The notes beneath the pieces were generated by a model. That model saw only the letters and a list, made by a program, of their open reading frames with translations, did no database searches and was not told the DNA's origin. Positions 7,477 through 12,773 of a stretch of DNA of 12,773 bases are shown here, piece after piece. The DNA lies in the UHGV virus genome UHGV-1672225. The stretch is one strand, 5' to 3'. The translations under genes and the position numbers were made by a program. Each line of letters starts with the position of its first letter. Position 1 is the first letter of the stretch. Source of the stretch: a virus.

Positions 7477-7967
7477 TCCTCAAGCCTCCCAAGTGCTGAA
7501 CGCCGGGCGTTGCTAATCTCCTTATGAATCAGCTCGATATCGCTGGAATCTTTATTCTTAAGCTCCAGCACGGTAATCGCATCACGAACCTCTGAAACGG
7601 TTACGTGTGAGTGTTTCCAGCGAGCAATGAATCGCGGACCGCGTAGATTGCAACGCTCCGCAGGCATCCCCAGCTCAGAGAAAACCGCTTTCAGCCTTGA
7701 TAAGCAGTTAACAGGGAGATTCCCTTTGATCTTGTTCTGCCGAACCGATGTGCCATCGCTACGCTGGCGCTGACGTTCGGCAAAATCTGCCGCCCATTGC
7801 TGGACGTTAATCCGGCCTTCCGAATACGCCACCAGCAGCGTCAGGTTATCCGCACGAGGGAATCTCTCGAAGCGATACCAGGCACCAATCAGTGATGACG
7901 TAAAGCCAAACTTTCTGGCAACACCAATTTGGCCTCCATTTTCGTCAACCCACTCCTGAAAGGTCAT
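7473..7967 (-). CDS. Cro-like HTH early regulator with C-terminal extension
   Basis: Divergent from the CI-like gene; helix-turn-helix-like segment GGQIGVARKFGFTSSLIGAWYR near the N-terminus; GGAG RBS; sigma70-like promoter and operators immediately upstream. Confidence 0.45.
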   Translation of the reverse strand: MTFQEWVDENGGQIGVARKFGFTSSLIGAWYRFERFPRADNLTLLVAYSEGRINVQQWAADFAERQRQRSDGTSVRQNKIKGNLPVNCLSRLKAVFSELGMPAERCNLRGPRFIARWKHSHVTVSEVRDAITVLELKNKDSSDIELIHKEISNARRSALGRLEE

Positions 7968-7986
7968 TTAACGAACTCCAGTTAAA

Positions 7987-8022
7987 ACCACGATACGTGG
8001 TATTAAAACCACATATCGTGAG
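7987..8022. promoter_or_regulatory. Two adjacent operator-like palindromes (ACCAC-N5-GTGGT type)
   Basis: ACCACGATACGTGGT at 7987-8001 is a perfect inverted repeat; ACCACATATCGTGAG at 8008-8022 is imperfect. Both are preceded by AAA. Confidence 0.55.
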
Positions 8023-8030
8023 TTTTTCAA
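8002..8030 (-). promoter_or_regulatory. pR-like sigma70 promoter for the leftward early operon
   Basis: On the minus strand TTGAAA (8030-8025), a 17-nt spacer, then TTTAAT (8007-8002); the spacer is operator B and the predicted start lies in operator A. Confidence 0.5.
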
Positions 8031-8089
8031 TGGGCGAAACAAAAAATAACCTTCTATTTGTGGTCCACCTCTCGTCTTACCATGTGAAA

Positions 8090-8104
8090 ACCACTAAATG
8101 TGGT
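8090..8104. promoter_or_regulatory. Operator-like palindrome on the repressor-proximal side
   Basis: ACCACTAAATGTGGT, a perfect 5-bp half-site inverted repeat about 40 bp upstream of the CI-like start. Confidence 0.5.
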
Positions 8105-8141
8105 AATGTATAAATAACCCACCATTCACGATTGATGAGAC

Positions 8142-8798
8142 ATGAAAAGCAACGACGAGAACATCAAGAAAGAAATAGGTCTGCGCATTCAGACTCTACG
8201 GAAACAATCCGGCATGACTGCCGGAGATCTCCAGCAAGTCACTGGAATAGGCTTAAGCACCTTGCAGAACTATGAGGCCGGATTAAGACAACCATCTATA
8301 CCTGCCATCAAGAAAATCGCGCACGCCCTGAAAGCATCAGCGCCTTATATCGCGTGCTTAACAGATAACCCGTTCCCACCCCAGAATACTAACGCTCCTG
8401 TTATTCCTGGGCTTGTAGCTATAAAAAATGACATAGCATCGCACGCCGGAGAAAAGCCAGTGCTGGCGATAGAACAGGAGATTCTACGAAGCAAGAACAT
8501 CAACCCATCGTCTCTGTCAGTTCTCCAGAGCAACGATGAGTTAATGTCACCAACAATATCCCCAGGCTCCCAAGTCCTGATTAATACAGACGATACAGAG
8601 ATTCATGAGGGGATCTATGCCCTTGAAGACAGAAATGGCCTGGTTGTTTTGAGGCACTGTAGAGTCATACCGGGTGACAATGCTGTTATGCTGTCAACCG
8701 AAAGGGATGCTGAAATGAACACTAAGCATCTGAATAACGAGGAATTTAAGCGTTATAAAGTTCTTGGCCGCGTAGTTAGTGTTGTCAACTGGTTATGA
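8142..8798 (+). CDS. CI-like phage repressor (XRE-type HTH plus S24 LexA-like peptidase domain)
   Basis: N-terminal LRIQTLRKQSGMTAGDLQQVTGIGLSTLQNYEAG is HTH-like; the C-terminal 100 aa has an S24-like fold pattern; divergent from the Cro-like gene. Confidence 0.7.
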   Translation: MKSNDENIKKEIGLRIQTLRKQSGMTAGDLQQVTGIGLSTLQNYEAGLRQPSIPAIKKIAHALKASAPYIACLTDNPFPPQNTNAPVIPGLVAIKNDIASHAGEKPVLAIEQEILRSKNINPSSLSVLQSNDELMSPTISPGSQVLINTDDTEIHEGIYALEDRNGLVVLRHCRVIPGDNAVMLSTERDAEMNTKHLNNEEFKRYKVLGRVVSVVNWL

Positions 8799-8804
8799 TA
8801 CACA

Positions 8805-8822
8805 GCACGGCGAAAGCCGTGC
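8805..8822 (+). terminator. Hairpin after the repressor gene (weak or partial terminator)
   Basis: GCACGGC-gaaa-GCCGTGC, 7-bp stem with a GAAA loop, followed by ATTTCT. Confidence 0.35.
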
Positions 8823-8840
8823 ATTTCTACGCTCAAAAAA

Positions 8841-8855
8841 ACCACATTTTGTGGT
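8841..8855. promoter_or_regulatory. Fourth operator-like palindrome, downstream of the CI-like gene
   Basis: ACCACATTTTGTGGT, same half-sites as the switch-region sites; a TTGACA lies 2 bp downstream at 8857-8862. Confidence 0.5.
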
Positions 8856-8890
8856 TTTGACAACATGTAAAAGTATAAAAGAGGCTACGC

Positions 8891-9265
8891 ATGGAATTAC
8901 ATACAGCCAATAAAAACGAAACTCTGATCACTGCTGGAATCGAAATCCAAGCGTTGAACATAGCGATTGAGTGTATGTTATGCCAAATCATTGATAATGA
9001 GAAAGATATCGACTGGATAGAATCTATCCTTCATCTGGCATCAGAACAAAAAGTCTGCCTCAAAACGGCCTTACAATACGATGTGCCAGCGGTATCGAAG
9101 CTGTGCCAGCCATTGATGGCATATAACAGGGCTATTATTTCTGTATGCCTCATGATTCTTGATGAAACCCCCCCTCTTAGCGACCGCTCAGAAGCTGCTC
9201 TAACCCTCTCACGTAAACAGCGACAGCTAGCAAATCAACTGATATCAACGATAGCTGACCTCTGA
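8891..9265 (+). CDS. Hypothetical protein (124 aa) downstream of the repressor
   Basis: ORF with AAGAGG RBS, own operator-like site upstream and an intrinsic terminator downstream. Confidence 0.5.
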   Translation: MELHTANKNETLITAGIEIQALNIAIECMLCQIIDNEKDIDWIESILHLASEQKVCLKTALQYDVPAVSKLCQPLMAYNRAIISVCLMILDETPPLSDRSEAALTLSRKQRQLANQLISTIADL

Positions 9266-9269
9266 CTGC

Positions 9270-9289
9270 AAGCGGGCTAACGCCCGCTT
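9270..9289 (+). terminator. Intrinsic terminator-like hairpin after the 124-aa gene
   Basis: AAGCGGGC-taac-GCCCGCTT, 8-bp stem, followed by AT-rich sequence. Confidence 0.45.
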
Positions 9290-9290
9290 A

Positions 9291-9392
9291 TATGATTATA
9301 GATTTATATAATTATATAAAACGCTTTTCATCAGCCAAAAAGTTGGTTATGCTTACCTCGTTCTATAAATATAGATTTATAGAATTATATAA
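9291..9392. promoter_or_regulatory. AT-rich arrays with TATA boxes at 8-bp phase upstream of parA (candidate operator or centromere-like site)
   Basis: 9296-9321 TTATAGATTTATATAATTATATAAAA and 9361-9392 TTCTATAAATATAGATTTATAGAATTATATAA; the second also contains the palindrome TCTATA-AA-TATAGA. Confidence 0.4.
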
Positions 9393-9415
9393 CCAAACAC
9401 ATGGAGTCTCGACAA

Positions 9416-10069
9416 ATGACTATCTCTGTAGGTATTTTCAACGGAAAAGGCGGCGTAACAAAATCAACAATTGCCCGTGCTTTAGCAGTTGCTTATGCAA
9501 AGGCTGGCTGGAATGTATGCCTGATCGATATGGATGTGCTTAACGGAACGGTAACGCGTTGGGTACAACGCAGAATGGCCAACAATATCGAACCAGCAAT
9601 CGCGGCGCAGCCGTGCGGCACACCATCACAAGTCCAGAAAATCATCGAATCAGAAGTATACGACCTGGTTATCGTCGATGGCGGTGCCTACGCATCTGAA
9701 TCAGTACCGAAGCTATCTGAATTTCTGGATATGGTTATTTTGCCAACCCGATTCTCTACCGATGACCTGGAAACCACCGTTAACACTGCTCACGGCATCG
9801 TTAAAAAGGGTGTACCAATCAAGAAAATTTGCATGGTGTTTTCCGGCGCGGCTGAAAACGAAGCTGACTATATTGAAGCCCAAGAGTACCTGGCTAATAC
9901 GCCATACTTTGTTGTCGATAAGTACATTCCCCACAAGCCAGCTCTGAGCAAAGCTCAGGATAAGGGCTTAAGCCTCATTGAGTGCTCATACGTTGCGCCA
10001 CGCAAAAAGGCAGACGACGTTATTCAGGGGATTATCAACCAGCTTGAGGCTCTGACTACTGCCGCATAA
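9416..10069 (+). CDS. parA: Small ParA-family (deviant Walker A) ATPase, type Ib partition-like
   Basis: Start at ATG 9416 (GGAG 10 nt upstream) rather than 9401. Deviant Walker A GKGGVTKST, Walker B-like DLVIVDG, about 217 aa. Confidence 0.65.
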   Translation: MTISVGIFNGKGGVTKSTIARALAVAYAKAGWNVCLIDMDVLNGTVTRWVQRRMANNIEPAIAAQPCGTPSQVQKIIESEVYDLVIVDGGAYASESVPKLSEFLDMVILPTRFSTDDLETTVNTAHGIVKKGVPIKKICMVFSGAAENEADYIEAQEYLANTPYFVVDKYIPHKPALSKAQDKGLSLIECSYVAPRKKADDVIQGIINQLEALTTAA

Positions 10070-10100
10070 TATATAATTATAGTTTTATAGATTTATATAA
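10066..10100. promoter_or_regulatory. Third TATA-phased AT-rich array between parA and the RHH gene
   Basis: TATAtaatTATAgtttTATAgattTATAtaag: four TATA boxes at exact 8-bp spacing, overlapping the parA stop. Confidence 0.4.
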
Positions 10101-10112
10101 GAGGGGATACAC

Positions 10113-10361
10113 ATGGCCGCACCATCAAAACCACCAAAGAAGAACAGCAAAGGCGTACCGCCATCGATCGAACAACCGCAGGTTTTCGACCCGACTGAAA
10201 CGCCAACCAGAACCAAATCAGGTGGGGCACAAATGGCGTTTAACGTCGACCCTGAATTTAAACGCGAGTACAAAACGTTCGCCAGCTCAATGGATATGTC
10301 ATTGAAAGAAGTGCTGACAAAGTCTTTTGAGTTACTCAAGGCTCAATACAACCAGAAGTAA
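10113..10361 (+). CDS. Ribbon-helix-helix DNA-binding protein, ParG-like partner of ParA
   Basis: 82 aa; flexible basic N-terminal tail, then MAFNVDPEFKREYKTFASSMDMSLKEVLTKSFELLKAQ with a beta-strand/helix/helix pattern; AAGAGGGGA RBS. Confidence 0.5.
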   Translation: MAAPSKPPKKNSKGVPPSIEQPQVFDPTETPTRTKSGGAQMAFNVDPEFKREYKTFASSMDMSLKEVLTKSFELLKAQYNQK

Positions 10362-10423
10362 GAGAAGGTGACGGCCTCCAGCGCCAACTGTTGGCCGTCG
10401 CGACACAACAAGGGGAATTTGTT

Positions 10424-10573
10424 ATGTCCGAGCAACAATATACACGGTTACTGAAAACTCGTCTAACCGACCTCAAACGGCTGCAAGCTGGCTGCTTATT
10501 TGCCCTGCTATCCACCAGGCCAGAATGGGTACGTGAAGCAGTTCTGAAAGGCTTAATGCGCTCCAGCGTTTAA
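10424..10573 (+). CDS. Small hypothetical protein (49 aa)
   Basis: ATG at 10424 with AAGGGGAA RBS; last ORF before the terminator at about 10590. Confidence 0.3.
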   Translation: MSEQQYTRLLKTRLTDLKRLQAGCLFALLSTRPEWVREAVLKGLMRSSV

Positions 10574-10590
10574 ATTCAGCCATAAAAAAA

Positions 10591-10606
10591 GGCCCCCGAA
10601 GGGGCC
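10591..10606 (-). terminator. Intrinsic terminator hairpin (minus-strand orientation, possibly bidirectional)
   Basis: GGCCCC-cgaa-GGGGCC preceded on the plus strand by 7 A (a U-run on the minus transcript); no T-run on the plus side. Confidence 0.45.
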
Positions 10607-11132
10607 TAATCGCTACTTGCTGCTAATGTTTATCGTCACATTCAGAGCGTTATCAGTAATCTTCCAACCCTCCCCATGTGGCGTAAACAAAGCCCCAGTA
10701 ACAACGATAAAAATACACATACAGTATTTTTTCATTGTATGGCCCTTACAGGCCGTTTCACGGCATCCCCACCGACGAAAACAACGCGAGAGCAAGCACG
10801 GCTGCTTGTGCTTGCATGTACGGCAACGGAGAATCCTCCCCTAAAGTCGGTGCCCGGGTGCGAATCGGCGGGAAGGTCCACAGGTATTTTACGATTATTT
10901 TAAGATTAGTAATAGGAAAGAAATTAAACGAAAAAACTCGTTTATTTTCACAAAATCAGTAACCTACCCACAATCTGTGAGTTTGCAGGCACAACAAGAA
11001 CCACAATTTTTTGAAGCATAATAGTGGACTATTATTACCTTTTGGGTAAAATTAACTTGCTGCTTGTGCTTGCGTGGTTGTTTATACAACAACGTAATGC
11101 TGAAAGGACCGCGAATCCGATCAGCACGAAAG

Positions 11133-11159
11133 AACCGTCCTCAATAGGGCGGTTTTTTT
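11133..11159 (+). terminator. Intrinsic terminator inside the ORF-poor region
   Basis: AACCGTCC-tcaata-GGGCGGTT (8 bp, one G-U) followed by TTTTTGTTT. Confidence 0.5.
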
Positions 11160-11305
11160 GTTTCTGCCTACCAATAAACCCACGCTATGTGGTTGTCTCT
11201 GTTAAAATCCTGCCGTATTGACATGAATGCGCCATTGGTGGACACTTTCCGAGCCGTAGCAAAATCTACGGTCGGGATTGGAACCCCGATAATCATCATG
11301 GCGCA

Positions 11306-11326
11306 TACCGCGTTAGCGGTTTTTTT
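11306..11326 (+). terminator. Second intrinsic terminator in the leader (candidate sRNA 3' end)
   Basis: ACCGC-gtta-GCGGT followed by a 6-T run; a perfect -35 TTGACA lies about 90 nt upstream at 11218-11223. Confidence 0.4.
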
Positions 11327-11491
11327 ATGCGTAAAGCACTGCTACACCCAAATTATGGTGGGGCGTGCGGGGGAGTCGTAAGACTCGCCGGATTCCATGG
11401 TGACCGGTAGTTCCAACCCTGTACGTCTCACCACCCAATGATTGGAACCAGACGGTGGTGAGTATCCTTAACCTTTAAGGGAACTATCACC

Positions 11492-11683
11492 ATGACAAAC
11501 TTACCCCATGACTATTACGTCAATCTCGTAAAGATCCTTCTCAAGAAAGCCTCATACGCCGATAAATTCCGCCTGACTGAAATCATCGAGCGCGAAGCTA
11601 TGCGCATCGCCAGCAACGATAACGCTGTTTCTGACGCAAAAATCTCCCTCGTAACCAAAGTAGTTATGGGAGGTGCAAAATGA
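11492..11683 (+). CDS. Small protein (63 aa) translationally coupled to the antirepressor-like gene (icd-like position)
   Basis: ORF with AAGGGA RBS; its stop overlaps the next ATG (ATGA at 11680-11683). Confidence 0.4.
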   Translation: MTNLPHDYYVNLVKILLKKASYADKFRLTEIIEREAMRIASNDNAVSDAKISLVTKVVMGGAK

Positions 11684-12773
11684 AAACGCTTCCGACCGTT
11701 AACACCCTACAGCCTATCCTGCATAACCAGATCCCCGTTATCACCACGGAGCTGCTTGCCAAACTATATGGCTGTAGCGTCGAATGTCTTCACAGAAATC
11801 ACCACCGTAATAAGTCCCGGTTTACAGAAGGAAAACATTTCATAGTTGTAAAAGGTACAGATCTCCAAAGTTTGAAAATCTCTTTAAGAGATTTTCAAAC
11901 CATCGCGAATAACGTTAGAAAGCTCATCCTCTGGACCGAACGCGGGGCTGCACGTCACGCTAAAATGCTCGAAACCGATCAGGCATGGGATGTATTCGAA
12001 CGGCTGGAAGACTGCTACTTCAACCAGAACGCGCAAACGGCCGCGACCGTAACCGTCTCGCCAAACAATGCTCGTGAGGTTGTCGATACGCTCAACGCCA
12101 AACCGATGTTTTACATTAAAGTGTGCAACAACGAGCCACTCACAACCTCAGCCGATGTTGCCCAGGCATTCAGCACCACAAACAATTCCATCGTTATGGC
12201 CATCGATGCGCTACGCATTCCTCGCACGGCTGCGGCGCGTCACTTCTTTAAAGAGCAACGACCGTTGGAAGGAAGCGACCGCGAAATAACAATCTATCGC
12301 ATGACAAAAGACGGATTTACCTTGCTCATGGAGAGTATCGACGGTCCAGGCGTGAAAGATATCAAGCTGGCCTACATTGAAGCCTTTAACGCTATCAGCA
12401 GCGTGTTAAAAACACAGTACGAGCGTGATCTGGCTAAACGACTGTACCAGGAAAAAACGATTATCCGCGCGGCAACAGAGCATAATCGGCTATTAACGGA
12501 ACCGAACTACAGGAAGGAACTAATCAAGGAGTTTGACAAGGCAACAGGGAAAACCAAAGCGGCGCTAAATCTGCCAGCAATGACTCAGGAAAATGTGATA
12601 TCAGCCTTACTTCTTGATCTGCTCAGAAACGCCAGAGCACTTATCAGCTTTGACGAAAACCTGAATCCTCAGCTCAAGCTACTACCACCGACAGGCAAAG
12701 TAGTCGACCAGGCTGATCACAACAGCATACTCAGCGTACTGGATGCAAACCTGCCAGCCAGGACACTACAGGA
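11680..12773 (+). CDS. ORF6N plus Rha-domain antirepressor-like phage regulatory protein (3' truncated by the window end)
   Basis: Hand translation from ATG 11680 (GGAGG upstream) is open for more than 364 codons to the window end; it is absent from the ORF track because no stop lies in the window. N-terminal region resembles the recalled ORF6N domain; the central region resembles a Rha domain. Confidence 0.6.
   Translation, partial: MKTLPTVNTLQPILHNQIPVITTELLAKLYGCSVECLHRNHHRNKSRFTEGKHFIVVKGTDLQSLKISLRDFQTIANNVRKLILWTERGAARHAKMLETDQAWDVFERLEDCYFNQNAQTAATVTVSPNNAREVVDTLNAKPMFYIKVCNNEPLTTSADVAQAFSTTNNSIVMAIDALRIPRTAAARHFFKEQRPLEGSDREITIYRMTKDGFTLLMESIDGPGVKDIKLAYIEAFNAISSVLKTQYERDLAKRLYQEKTIIRAATEHNRLLTEPNYRKELIKEFDKATGKTKAALNLPAMTQENVISALLLDLLRNARALISFDENLNPQLKLLPPTGKVVDQADHNSILSVLDANLPARTLQ

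Noticed and set aside
8855-8879. Strong sigma70 promoter for the 124-aa gene using TTGACA at 8857-8862
   Set aside because: The best -10 candidate (TATAAA at 8874-8879) is only 11 nt from the -35, so the pairing is not canonical; expression may depend on readthrough from the repressor gene.
11272-11289. tRNA gene at the T-arm-like hairpin
   Set aside because: Only a single 5-bp stem with an 8-nt loop is present, with no acceptor, D or anticodon arms; more consistent with an sRNA structural element.
10617-11381. Overlapping plus-strand ORFs 10617..10844, 10676..10903, 10735..10962, 11024..11221 and 11187..11381
   Set aside because: They are mutually overlapping, lack RBSs and are interrupted by intrinsic terminators; the region is better explained as structured noncoding DNA.
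12068-12289. 73-aa ORF from the ORF track
   Set aside because: It lies wholly inside the long antirepressor-like reading frame in a different frame; the long frame has an RBS and domain-like sequence.
1-12773. CRISPR arrays, IS elements or integrase/att sites
   Set aside because: No regularly spaced direct repeats with unique spacers, no transposase-like ORF with terminal inverted repeats, and no integrase gene in the window.

Overview
This window reads as the immunity, early and lysis portion of a temperate lambdoid-type phage with enterobacterial-looking codon usage, and it also carries plasmid-like and P1/N15-like modules. All calls are from reading the sequence and recalled family signatures; no searches were run. 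Left to right: a leftward lysis cassette (Rz1/Rz spanins, GH108-type endolysin, two membrane proteins) preceded by a strong intrinsic terminator; a tightly coupled five-gene accessory operon (FaeA/PapI-like wHTH, 121-aa, ASCH, 114-aa, Ea22-like); a large DUF3560-like gene; a Q-like/DUF1064/Ref-like/Cro-like early block with no lambda O/P-type replication genes; an operator-rich switch region and a CI-like S24 repressor; an operator-controlled 124-aa gene; a small ParA ATPase plus ribbon-helix-helix protein pair; about 0.9 kb of ORF-poor structured DNA; and a small ORF coupled to an ORF6N/Rha antirepressor-like gene that runs off the window end. The most unusual signal is a family of AT-rich arrays with TATA boxes phased every 8 bp, found at five places (around parA/RHH and bracketing the DUF3560 gene). 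The ORF-poor leader upstream of the antirepressor operon looks like a c4/icd/ant-type antisense-RNA immunity module. No rRNA, tRNA, CRISPR array or IS element was seen.
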